A DNA stretch of 64,000 bases from Ostrea edulis (Eukaryota). Shown here piece by piece: positions 49,586-62,388 of this stretch. The notes under the pieces are model-generated. The model made no database searches, had not been told where the DNA came from, and was given only the letters and a program-made list of their open reading frames with translations. Positions within the stretch are counted from its first letter, which is position 1. Every line of letters starts with the position of its first letter. The stretch is from positions 44,020,001 to 44,084,000 of the forward strand of contig NC_079170.1 of NCBI RefSeq assembly GCF_947568905.1, given 5' to 3'. Both the position numbers and the translations under genes were made by a program.

Positions 49586-51113
49586 TTAGTTGGAAAGTAT
49601 TAATTGTCCTGGGGTTTGAAGTGAGATCTCTCCGTGACTGGGAGATGTGGTCTGTCCATGGTTTGTAAATATGGCTTGTCCTTGATTTTGAGGAGAAATC
49701 TCCTCTTGAGTGGGAGATGTAATCTGTCCTTGTTGGGCAGGTGAGGGCTGTCCTTGGTAGAAATGATGCAACTCTTCTTGACCATGAAGCACTGGTTGTA
49801 CCTGGATTGAAGGTGTGTGATTTAGTCGGGTTGAATTTGGGTAATGTTGACCAGCGGCCAAACGTTGTCCTTCAGATTCACTAGATGTGTTTTGTGCTGA
49901 AAGAAAAATGTTCTTCACATTTATTGCTATGAATTTGTAAAAAAAAAATTACCTTGAGAATCATTTTCTTTGATCAAATTTGTAAATGTTGTATATTCTT
50001 CAAATAAACAATTCATTTTTTATAGATGGTGTGTTCATAGCAAGGAATCATAAGCGCATTGAATACCTGTGTTGATGTGAAAGACAGGCGGTTGAGCTGG
50101 GTGGACAATCGTTCGTTCGTGGTTTGTTTTCTTGCAGACTTTAACTATCATTATTGTCATTGAGCACATGAAGATAGCAAGTCCAGCAACCCCGCCGACT
50201 ACACCACCAACTATTTTTCCTATGAATTCAACACTGCAAGAAAGTGTTTTGAAAAGCGGTCATGAACCGTTCTCTAAACTCGACCCAGAATGAAAATTAA
50301 TTACGGGTTACGTTCTGCATTACCAGATTTAAGTAAATGATACCTGAATGTGAGTTGAATGTATAATCTAGTACACAATATCTATATTTCCAATGCTTTT
50401 ACCTTCGATATCATTATCAATTAAAGTGACAGCCGTTTTCATATGTGTGCGTATGGATCTTGATACATATACTATGAGATTTTAACGGTTGAGAATTCCA
50501 ACAGAAATTAAAGCAAACTGTACATGAAAAAAAGAATTCTGACAATACTTGAGAGTATGAACAGCAATGCTTCACCAGCATACGTTTTATGAAGCGCTAA
50601 TCCGTAAATGACATTTATTTCTTAAACGAATGAAATTATGACTAACACGAAAACAAATCCCAGCATTCCCTGCAATACATGTACATGCATACTAGTAAAG
50701 GTGTAAAACAACAACTACTTACTGATCATAATAATGATGGGTATCGGCGTAGTAAAAGCAATAGTAGTAACCAGAAGAATAATAACAGTAACTACCACAT
50801 CGAACTGGAACAAGACCTAAAAATTTAAATCATCAACAGAAATTAATGTAAAAAATATCACACAATTCTTTATTTTTTTTTTTTTGAAAGATAATTTTAA
50901 TTTAGAAATTCAAAGTATTGTCCGAATGAACCCCATAATAACAAAATACTGTTATCATCATTGTTATTCATGATGAGGATGATGATTATGATAATGATGA
51001 AAATGATGAGGATAAAGATTATATTGATGATGATGATGCTTACAGCCGATCACAATAAAGAATGTCATAGCGGAGATCCATCGTACATATAAATCCTTGT
51101 TCTCCGTCGCCAT
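49586..51113 (-). CDS. Paralogue C: CYYR1/Shisa-like single-pass membrane protein with octapeptide-repeat tail (213 aa)
   Basis: Exons (-): 51113-51044 MATENKDLYVRWISAMTFFIVIG; 50816-50723 CLVPVRCGSYCYYSSGYYYCFYYADTHHYYD; 50233-50067 HVEFIGKIVGGVVGGVAGLAIFMCSMTIMIVKVCKKTNHERTIVHPAQPPVFHINT; 49896-49586 AQNTSSESEGQRLAAGQHY...PGQLILSN-stop. GT-AG introns, phases 1/2/1, intact ORF. Confidence 0.85.
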
Positions 51114-52819
51114 TCTTATCAAAAGAACAAATTTAAAAAATGTCCCTTAGTTTCTTATGACCGAGAATCTTCGTCTTTGTACAGACATGTGGTAAAGCTA
51201 CAGGAGAAGACGTTTTATGCACGTACATTTAGCTACCGTATTTTGATTGATATTGAGATAAATATCCCCATTGGTGTAAATGTAGGTAATGAATATTCAT
51301 ATTACCTATATTATTGTCTTCGCAAAAATAAACTCTGAAAGGTTTTAAAGCATCCCAGACTTAGAATTGTCGGTCTGCTGAATTTCATCACATATTGCTT
51401 GTGTCCATTTTCAGAATTGGATGATGCATTAAGCAAGATTTAATTAAAGGTTGACTTTGATTCTGGGGGCATATTATACAAGCTTAACCTTGTTTGAGTC
51501 AGCTTACGCATTATAAAAACGCGTAAACTGGCCCAAACCATGTTTTACTCGTACAATATGCCCTGAATTAAAGTAAGTCATTATAATTTATTACAAAAGA
51601 CAAAAGCAATAATCTTCTTTTATTAAAATGTACATGAAGTTTGAAAAACACAAGTCACTTGAGCCGCACAATGACTCACGTCCATGTAGCAACCACGACG
51701 AAACGTCTAGCTGTAATGACAATCATCTTAGTTCTACCGACCCTATTTATCAAAATTGTAAGCGAGTTGTGAATTTATCATGCCAGAGAGTATGTGTAGA
51801 CTATGTATGCAATGCGTATTTTGTTATCCTTTAAAGATTGACTTTTTAGTCGCTCATCTCCGACAGATTGAGAAATTATGGAAAATTGTATTCTTTAAGT
51901 TTACCGAAAATAAGTCTTCACATATAAGAAAACACAATGATTTTCGGCTTTCAATTCTATGAAAATATCTAAATGAAAACTTACTATTGCATGCAACATT
52001 GTCGCTAATAGTAAATACGACACAAGAAAATATCTATAACCAAGTGGAAAATCGCCATGTATATGACATCATATGATACAATGTGACACTTGATTTTTTG
52101 GCGGATCAAGCAATAAACAAATTCTCCCAGTTTCCTTAGTGAGAAATGTTTTTCAAAATGTTACGGGCAATGGTTGCATGGTGGATAATTAATTCGAATA
52201 TACTATCTTTGATTTAATTATTTATTCCACCATCATACAGAGAAAGATGTTTTAAAACTGTGAATTGCGTACAAGTAGATTATATACATCTTGCTTGACA
52301 ACGGGAAAACAATCTGTGTAACAGACCTAAGTATATTTTTGTACACCTTGACTTTCTATTCCATAGAAGACTGAGAACGGTGCTGTGATGTCAATATTGA
52401 TAAAAAATTCCAATAATTACAAAGATATGTTATGTTTACTATGTTCAAAATTTATAATATTCCATCATCTTTCATGTCACGACTGCATGTTTATCAAAGT
52501 CATGCAAATATACAGTTAATCATTTTCAATACATTAACACTGTGTCAAAGGCAAAACAGTTTTACTATAGCGACGGATAATAATTGGAAATTTCTCTTTC
52601 ATTTTTTCATATTTTCGTCTTATTGATGATGTCTGATGACAAAAATAATAACCTTTTTATTCAACATAATTTTCAAAATATTATTACTAATAATTGGAAT
52701 TTAAACAAAATAATCTAAATTCTCAAATGTGTCGTAAGTTACATGTACGTGCTAGTTAGTATGCAACCCTGTTTCAATGGAAATACAGATTGTGCATATC
52801 CTGCAATGTTTCAAAAACC

Positions 52820-53380
52820 AGACACACTCCATAACACATTCGCCCGGAAATCCCGAAACCTTCTTGATTTTCAAGATATTCCAAGAACCTCACACGATTC
52901 AACGTCGTATTTTGACTCCTCGGTAAATTGATAGACTCCCTAAAGTTTAAAGTGTTATACCCCATGGACGTTGCTATTTGAATTTTGGAAGTACCCCTGA
53001 TGACCTGGCGTTGCTCTCTGTTCTACAGAACATGCAAATACACTTTGATTTTGATTGTCCACTCATGTTTTACAAAATAAAAACTTTATTTTTCCATTTG
53101 AATGATAAGAAAGCAATGGGTGATGACATTGTCTAAAGAGAATGGTTTGAACTGTGACATGTCCACAATGTTGTGACAAGTCCTGAAAGTGTTCCGTGGG
53201 TTCCCCCGGATTGGGAAAATACTTGTTTGTCGATGTATACAGATTGGTAAAGTCGTAATACTCTATGGTTTCGTCTTCTGAGTCTTTGTACTGTAATTTA
53301 ATAGTATTAGTTAGATCACTGGAAAAACCTGGAAAGGCGTTTTTAATTGAGAAGAAAACATCGTATGAATTTTTTCGCAA
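52820..53380 (-). pseudogene. Polinton/Maverick DNA polymerase B fossil, motif A region, copy 2 (segmental duplicate)
   Basis: TNTIKLQYKDSEDETIEYYDFTNLY...HPLLSYHSNGKIKF; KIKKVSGFPGECV. Confidence 0.88.
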
Positions 53381-54423
53381 CAAAATATGAGTGAAAAACC
53401 CTCTAGCGGTACGTTAAACAATATACAACAAAGCATCAACTCCAATTTGTAACCATCAACACCAATTCATAAAAATGACGAGGAAAAAAGGAATAGGCTC
53501 CATCATAAGACAAAGGAAATAATTCATATCACTGGGAATAGTTTGGGCGAATATAAAATAGTTATCATTGTTGTGAGAAAATCTAGAAATGATCGCAGAG
53601 TCAAATCAATTACCCAAATGATTGACAAAGAACTAGAGCCACTAAGTACCAAAATTGACTCTTTTGCCAAAATAAGTGAGACTTTCGCAGTTGATGCTTT
53701 AAGTGTGATAGGTTATATAACAGTTTATTTTATAACAATATCTTTTCTAGTTTTCGTTTTACAGTCGTTTAAACTTTGTTGTATTTCAGCGTGAAAACTA
53801 TATAACGTCATGATGCTAACGTTATGAGAATTAATGCATACAAATGGGCGCATAGATTAAAGATACTTTTGGATTTATTCTTGTTGTAAATTACAACTGT
53901 TAAATTCTTAAAATATTAGGAAGTTCTATATTTTCTATGATGCTCATATTTGAGATAGATTTGCTCTTTCCTACATAACACTAAACAAAGTTTGCCCACT
54001 GTATTAATTGCATCATTTTAGAACAAAAGGTAGTGTAATTAAGAATATTTAATTATATGACACTTAAATTAGAATTATCAATCATTGCATAATGCATTCA
54101 ACTTTGCATTATACAAAATTTGCATGATCAAGAGAGAGACTTTACCACATCACTAGAAAAGTTAGCTCACTAGCGAGGCAGTAAAAGTTCCCCATTTACT
54201 ATCTGCTGCCCAAATTTTTAAATATGTGGATGAAAAATGCATTCAGTCCTTTATTCATTTTACTTTTATAGACATAAAAAGTAGTCTTCATTTTCATCAT
54301 TCATTTAAACAAAGTTTATAGTAAGTGGCCTCAAATGAACCAAAACCAAAACGTATCTTTCAAATTCTCAAAAATTCTCAACAATTAAGCAATTTTATGA
54401 TGTGCCAAAGTTAATTAATAAGC

Positions 54424-54574
54424 AAGGTATCATTTTAAAATATTTATCGGAATATAAATACGGATTGGTCACTGATCAAATTCCATAAAGCCTGAAGGGC
54501 TATATGGAAAATTTGATCACGTACCAATCCGTATTTACATGTATATTCCTATAAATGTTTTAAAATTATACCTT
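54424..54574. repeat. ~70-bp-arm imperfect hairpin (fold-back MITE end)
   Basis: AAGGTAT-CATTTTAAAA...TACGGATTGG...GATCAAATTCCATA-AAGCC pairs with GGGC-TATATGGAAAATTTGATC...CCAATCCGTA...TTTTAAAAT-TATACCTT. Confidence 0.75.
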
Positions 54575-56899
54575 ATTACTTATATTTTTGATCGGTAACA
54601 TTGCTGAATTGTGTTAACAACATGTTTCCATAAATTTCACATTGTTGACCTGCACAACGAAGCATCATGTATGTTCAAAATGACGAAAACACAAAACAAA
54701 GTTTCATGAAATGAAGAACTGTTTTAATTATTAAGACGTTAAAAAGCAAGTATATCAACATATACATTAACTAAGGAGTATGAAACGCGAAGACTTCCTA
54801 GGCACCCGATTCCATCCCTGGTGTGTCCAGGGGTCCGTGTTTGCCCAACTATCTACTTTGTATTTCTTATAGGATTTATGAGATTGATAACTGTTCGTTA
54901 TATTCATGGCTAATTTTAGGGGGGAGGGGTATGATTTAAACGGGGGTACGCAAGGTTACACTTACAGTTTTGATGCGCTTTCACTTTTGAAAAGTGAAGA
55001 TGTTGAAGACCGACTTAGTAAGATATTATGTGGATATTACAAAGTTAACAGGAGACTGAGGTGGAGGAACATGAAGAACAGGGTGACCGTCGTCAGGTGT
55101 AGGCAAATCTTTTATAGACAGGACAAAAGAACGCAGCTCTGATGAATCTCCAGAAAGAACTGTACATCGCAGAAAATGTGGAAGTGCACCAAGGTTAGGG
55201 ACGGTTTGGTTTTTTTTCAATATATAATTGTAGACAAACATGAACTCACTGAACGCTTCTTTTGACTCGATAACTTTTTGTAAAAGATTTTTAACGACGC
55301 CTCGCTTCAATGTCCCGACATAAACTTGGAAACCGACTTCAATAATTTTATGGCTGCTGTGGCTCGGAGGCAGCGCGGTGTGTAGGTCGTAATGGACTTT
55401 GAAGACTTATCGGCCATACATCCTGTGATTGAACGTTTTGCTAAAGCCTTATGTCATCGTCTAGCAGAAGCTACAATTCCGCATCAACGATGACCAGGGT
55501 GAAGTTGTAGCAGACATCATTTTAGACATACATTAGTAACTAAAGACATTGTTTACAGAAATGCTTTTATGAATTATTGATGAAAGTCCACTGCTTGGAA
55601 TACAATTAAAACCATAAATACATTTTGTGATTTTGATTCATCTATTGATAGACTTCTGTAGTAAGTTAGAGCGATTGCTAGATGTGTATTGCCTTAGTAA
55701 AAGTAATACTTGTTACCTACTGTTAACAAATGTTCATACGCACTGCCATGACCTCTGTTGACCGCGTAGTGGATTTATGTAGTGCTTAATACGTATTGCT
55801 CGTATTAGTGTTATATAGGAGAATACAGTTGAAAATGATGATAATAATTATGATGTAATGGTGTTCTATAATAGATTTTACTTGATATTGAATTGATTCC
55901 TTCCAAACATACTTTAACTAAATATTATCATAAAATTACAAGTATTCATTTAATATGTACGTTTGAATAAATGAAATAAGTATATTATTCCCCCCTCCCC
56001 CCAAAGCATTGTTGTAAGTAATAATAAAGCTTGAAAAGGTATTTCCTTAATAATATTTCTAAAAGAAGTATGTTGTACATATTTCTTTTTGTCACAGAAT
56101 AGAAAACCAAATGCCAGTTTAAATAAACACGACAGTGACTTAGATCTCTAACATTTTCGTTTAACTTAAAATGAAAAATAGAAATAGTGCTCACAGCTCG
56201 CCCTAAAATATTTTTGCAAATATGGGCAAATTAAAAGGTGTACATTATAAAAATACTTTGAATATTTAGGGCGAGATGAAACTAGTATGGCAAAAACTTT
56301 GAAAAATAACTAGTTTATGGTGAAAACAAATGACGAAAATACAGTACCATATCCGGTTCTAGTATGTATACAGCTTTAATTGTGCCCATAATTTCAATAT
56401 CTAACATGTATTTGTAAACTCCGGATTCTGATACGTATTTATGACACCTATACTCTTATTCAACATTTACTTTTATTTCTATATATTTTAAGGGCCATAT
56501 GTTGGGGTTAAGTTCCTTGTTTCGCCTTCTAAATTATGACATATTGCTAAATGGTTTTCAAAAATAAAGAAACAAAACTCTCCTTCCCATTCTTAAAATC
56601 TTAGTATGACAAACTTCTCATATACCGAATAAAGCATGGACCAGTTTAAAAAAAACTTAGGAAAAAGGGATGCTTCTTAAACTGTTGGTTTAAATGAATG
56701 AATAAAGACGTTTTTGTTACTTAATTATCCGCATTATTTTTTCACTATTTTACATTGGAGTGAATTACCTTACAATCAACGAAAAAATTCCAATATGTAA
56801 AGGTGGTTGTAAGTGGTAAGTTCTTTTGTAAAACGAACCCACGACTTACGAGAACATGTACCTTGTCCTTCAGATCAAATACTTGAAGCATTCATTATC

Positions 56900-58050
56900 A
56901 TTGAGAAAAAAGTCCTATATCAATCAAGTATATTGAACGCATATAAAACGCCTGGTGCTGATGGTACAAGTCCTTGAATTTTACAAGCAACATGCCCATC
57001 TGTTTACAAACCAACAAAACTAATCATTACACCCTTTAAAAGACAACCGTCTTCACATATTTGGAAACAAAGCACATATAAACTAAATCTCCTATTTTTG
57101 AAAATAAAGAGCCCCCTAATCATAACAAGCCATTATCCTTGACACCAGATGTTTATAAATATTCTAAAGATATCTATTTAATTTTGTTATTGATAACAAT
57201 TTGTCTGAATTTTAATCAGTGTTTTTTTATATATTAATACAAAATAATATCAAATCTTGACAAACGCAAGGATTTGTGGCATATCCAAATCATTTGATAT
57301 AATGTGGCGTAAAGGTCAAATACATAAACGTAAAAAAAAAATGGTATATTGGGCAATATGTTAGACTGCATTGAAAATTATTTAAATGATAAACAACAGA
57401 AACTTTATATTGAGGGATTCTCAAATACCTTTAAAAGTATTGATGCGAGGGTCAGTTATGTATAAAAGAGCATGCAAACCCAGCACTCCAAATTCATTCT
57501 GACAGCAACTGGTCTAATCCTAATACACCTATACAAGGCAAAAACCCACTGATTGTATTTTATATTGATTTTGTTCAACTTGTTTTAGAGTATGGTGTTA
57601 TTGTACCGGGCAGATGCACATAGGAATATACATAATTATTAGAAAAAACTTCCAGTATAACCATTGGTCTAAGGGTGAATTCTTCTATAACAGCTTTTTA
57701 TAATAAATTGGATTGAGAAACATTATCTTCCAGATGGGCTAAATATTAATTATCTCATTATACAAAATCATAAATGGCTTGGTACTGAATGAGTGAATTT
57801 TTTTTAGATCCCTTTTCTCTAGTTCAAAATTCCTACAATTGTTTGAAAGGTAATCCCCTTCATCCATTGCGCACAACAAGGCCATACTATAATAGCTTCA
57901 TCCCATCGACAGTATCAAATTATGAAGTTCACAGTGCAGATATGAAACATTTATCATCTTTCTCAATATCTAAATCAAAACTAAAGCTTGCAATACCAAC
58001 ATGCCAACAATATTCCACGCAATGTCGTAGGATAGAAAGCATCCACTGTC
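56900..58050 (+). mobile_element. Decayed CR1/L2-type LINE reverse transcriptase, copy 2 (segmental duplicate)
   Basis: Collinear with 44620-45800; ICGISKSFDIMWRKG and VLEYGVIV remnants. Confidence 0.8.
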
Positions 58051-58219
58051 AGCTAAATCTTTAAACCAACAGGAAGCTATGGTAGGACTAAGACGAGCCC
58101 TAAGCATGTTTTTGGAGACGTCTTAGTCTTAAATCAGTTTCCTGAAGCTATTCTAAACTAGGGTCTCGCCATAAATTCGTCCTTTGGAGCAATTTAACTA
58201 TTGTCCTGATATCACCATA

Positions 58220-58980
58220 CGTTTTTAAGATCATGGCGGTAGTCTTTATGTTGATGCAAAGAGCTCACATATACCATGAAATAATATTTATCTGACATGT
58301 TTCATACCGATTGTTCGACAGTTTTTGCACACTTATTTTGACGACGGATAACTCCGTTATAATATAATTCATTTAGAGACATTGACAACTTTCTACATTA
58401 CTTAAGTTTATCCAGTTGAAAATTTGGTTCCTCTTCTTACTCACGATGATGCACTAATAAGCATATTCACAAATCAAATTCATATTGTTTTGACTTGTGT
58501 TGGATATGATATTGATATTGCGTTTGTAAGTGGTTTTCCATTGTATTCATTGTAAAAAGAACATTATATAATAGCATATGAAACACACTTGCATGAGTTC
58601 GAGTATAACAATATTCGTTAATTATTTAACATTTATCTTACGAAAGATGAAGATAACGATAGTGATCAATTTCATAACTGCTATAAGCAATACAAATTAC
58701 AGAGTTTGGCAAACACAGACCCCAGGATCAACCAGAGGTGGGGTCAAACCGCTAGAAGGAATAAGCATATCTGTCGAACGGTCACATCCACCGTGAGCCC
58801 TTTTTTTTTTGATCAGATAAACCGAGTTATCTGTAGTCAAAATCAGTGAGCCAAAACGGCCTACATGTAACAATCAATATGAAAACGTCAGATAGCAGTT
58901 GACCCATTGATAGGTTATATTGGCAAACTAGATTGCGAAATGCTGAGTTTAAACGAGACTGTTGTCGCGATTGACTCTCT
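58220..58980 (-). mobile_element. Penelope-like retroelement fragments, copy 2 (segmental duplicate)
   Basis: Collinear with 46020-46760. Confidence 0.68.
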
Positions 58981-60854
58981 ATTATTAACTACATGTACTT
59001 GGTACAACACGAAGAATACTTCTCACAATGTCATACCGGTATTTTATCACAAGTTAAATGATTCCAACTCAAACGTTAACGAATATGGATCGGAACCACT
59101 CCCACCCCCTCTCTAAGATGAAAATACACTTTCAGTAGACATAATCTATCCATTATCTAGTGTTAGAAACGAAAATAAAAAAAAAAATGAAATAAGATTG
59201 AATAAAAAGAAAATTCCGCTAATTTGACACACATCAAAACAAACAAAATATCAAACAAATACATATAGATATTTTATTTATTGACATTATAATTGAAGTT
59301 AGTTTATTTTCAAAATGGAATCCATCCATGAACCAAACTTGATTTATTAAATTGTATTAATACAGGATGAAGGTAAATGCATTGTTTATATAATATCTAT
59401 TACTTCGTATTATATTTGTCATTGGGAATGTGATTACACATATAAATCGATTAAAGTTGGCATTTCTAACGTATCTTTGAAAATCTAGTGGCGTATTGAT
59501 AACTGGTGTCATTTATGTATATCATGAAAATCACAAAATAGTGCAATAACATATATATGTAAAAGAGGAAACACCAGAGTGGACAGGAGTTTACGCCCCG
59601 ATAGTTGTTCATTCGATATGATACCAATGGGAATATTTTTTTGGGATTTTTCTTTATCAAATGATAGTAAATATTTTCCAGACAAGGATGTTTTCTTGAT
59701 TGCATGGGAAATAAATAATGAATTTAAACAACTGTTATTTACACAACTAGGTCATGAATAGTCTGAAATCAGGATTCTAAGAATTCATTTTCATCTTTAA
59801 AACTGTGCATAATTTATGAATACAATCAACTCAAAACAGCAGTTTAATTAGTAATCGTCGATCACACATGGAACTTTGATAACTAATTCCTAAGGTTATA
59901 TAATGTATATTGAATAAATGCGTTATCCAGGCTCGTTCAGGGATTTACAAAGATTTACTCCGAGTTTTATGTCATCGGTGTTTTACGTATATATCATGTT
60001 ATAAAATGATGAACCAGTGTCATTTAGATAAAACATTATCAAATACAATGAATTTAGAAAAGATGCAATACATAAGCAGAAAGCAAATTCCAGCATGTGC
60101 GTATTTGTCTGCTATTAGTTTCAAATGGGAACTATTGAAATGAAATTATGTCTGTCATATCTTATCAAAAGCAAACCCATCAACATAATTTGTTTACACA
60201 GTGCTGGTAATGTAAAAGTACAATGCATGCAATTCTGAAATTGTATGTGTATACCTTCGAAACACGCTCTCGAAAACTGCAGAATGGTAAATGAATTTAT
60301 CGTTTTCAATCTAAATCATTTGCACTTTTGAAATATCGAAATATAGGAACTATACATCCTACACTGCAATGGTTGCTGGTTACATTTCAATTCTTTTACT
60401 CCTTTCCATGTCAACATGTTTTAAAAGGTGTGTTTAAAATTGCAAGCAATTAATTCTGGAACCTAAAATGCACCTCACAATTTTTTAATTCAATATCTAA
60501 GAACTACTCCAACGGTAACTCCTCGGCTCCTTCCAGCAAGCTCAGGAAGGATGTTTTGACTGTATTATGCTCACCGCAAGTACATTGTGTAGAACATTTG
60601 TACAAAATGGATGCTTCCAGTCACATTGTAATAAGATTTTCTTTAACTGAAAATGGGGATATCCCATCGTTTCTAGTATACATTTATCGTAAAAAAAAAA
60701 CCGATATTAAACATTTTCATAGTCTTATGTTGATTTGATATAAAAATGGAAACAATCATAATTTATTCGAGGTTGTTTTCTGAGAGTGTGGGATGGGAAC
60801 TGGTCTTGTCTGAAAGATGGAGTGAAGGTAAGGACCATCTGTTAACATCATAAC

Positions 60855-61385
60855 TACATACTCGCAGTTTTATCTGATACAAGTTTAAAATGTGTATTTA
60901 TTTCCATTCATTAGAGTTAAACTAATAAATTATCAAAAGACAGACATAGGTCATCACAATTTTTAAAATGTGATACTTACTTAAACAGAATCATGTATCA
61001 CCGTCAGAAATTTGCACTTTTCCTTAAACAGCGTAATAAAAATTCCATACAAACTGGTTATGACGATATAATAGCATTCATAAAAATCTCATAAAACTAT
61101 ATTTTCATAAAAATATACAAAATGTCTATAAAAAATAAAGGAAATTTATTGTATTATATACTTGATAAAGAAATCAATAAAAACAAAGTTATTGCCCTTG
61201 TATTCAATATTTTGAAACGTATCATTGATTATTCATCTATAACTTAGACTTTTGAAATATTTTATGTTTAACAAGATTTTTTTTACAATAACTATAGGAA
61301 GAGACTCCAAAAAAAATTATATTCCTATCATGCATAAATCTAGATAAATCATTGATTTTGCAAAATCATGACATCACAGGAGAGT
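60855..61385. mobile_element. Insertion downstream of the gene D stop codon, absent from the gene C unit
   Basis: Flanks are collinear with 49470-49500; the interior is homologous to 34500-34750. Confidence 0.55.
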
Positions 61386-61485
61386 GGAATTACTTTAAGA
61401 GGTTTTCCTTGATGTTTTAAAATCACATTTAGATATGTCCCTTGGAAAGGTTTGGTTGTCATTAACTGTGGTGTGAGGTCTGTTC

Positions 61486-62343
61486 TTAGTTGGCAAGTAT
61501 TAATTCTCTTTGATTTTGAAGTAAGGTCTCTCCGTGATTGGGAGATGTGGTATGTCCATGGTTTGTAAATGTGAGTTGTCCTTGATCTTGAGGTGAGATA
61601 TCCCCTTGACTGGGAAATGTGGTCTGTACTTGGTTGACAGGTGAGGGCTGTCCTTGGCAGAAATGATGCAACTCTTCCTGGCCATGAATCACGGGTTGTA
61701 CCTGGATTGAAGGTGTGTGATGTAGTCGGGTTGAATTCGGGTCATGTTGACAAGCAGCCAAACGTTGTCCTTCAGATTCACCAGATGTATTTTGTGCTGA
61801 AAGAAAAATGTCCCAAACATTTATTGCTAGGAACTTGTATAAAATACATTGAGAATCATTTTCTTTGATCCAATTTGTTGATGCTGTATATTCTTCAAAT
61901 AATCAAATTGTAGATATTGTACTTATAGCAACGAATCATAAGCGCATTATACCTGTGTTGATGTGGAAGACAGGCGGTTGAGCCGGGTGGACAATCGTTC
62001 GTTCGTGGTTTGTTTTCTTGCAGACTTTAACTATCATTATCGTCATTGAGCACATGAAGATAGCAAGTCCAGCCACCCCACCGACTACACCACCAACTAT
62101 TCTTCCTATGAATTCAACACTGTAAGAAAATGTTTTGATAAGATTTCATGAATCGTCCTCAAAACTCGACCCAGAATGATATGTTTCGCGTTACTATATT
62201 TAAGTTAAAGATACCTAAATGTGAGTTGAATGTAGAATATGTTATAAAATATTCAAATTTCCAATTCTTTTCCCTTTTATATCTTTATCAATGGTGAACT
62301 GATAGCCGTTTTCATATGAACGTGAACAATGGGTGTATGGATC

Positions 62344-62388
<45 letters not shown>

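Noticed and set aside
49780-49830. RHIM-like motif in the conserved PSIQVQP of the B-D tails
   Set aside because: The RHIM core needs (I/V)Q(I/V/L)G; the fourth residue here is Gln.
52846-52854. kB-like GGAAATCCC upstream of gene C
   Set aside because: It falls on the SGFP codons of the PolB fossil, so coincidence is sufficient.
55080-55115. Walker-A-like PSSGVGKSF
   Set aside because: It lacks the first Gly at the right spacing, has an in-frame stop just upstream, and I found no Walker B.
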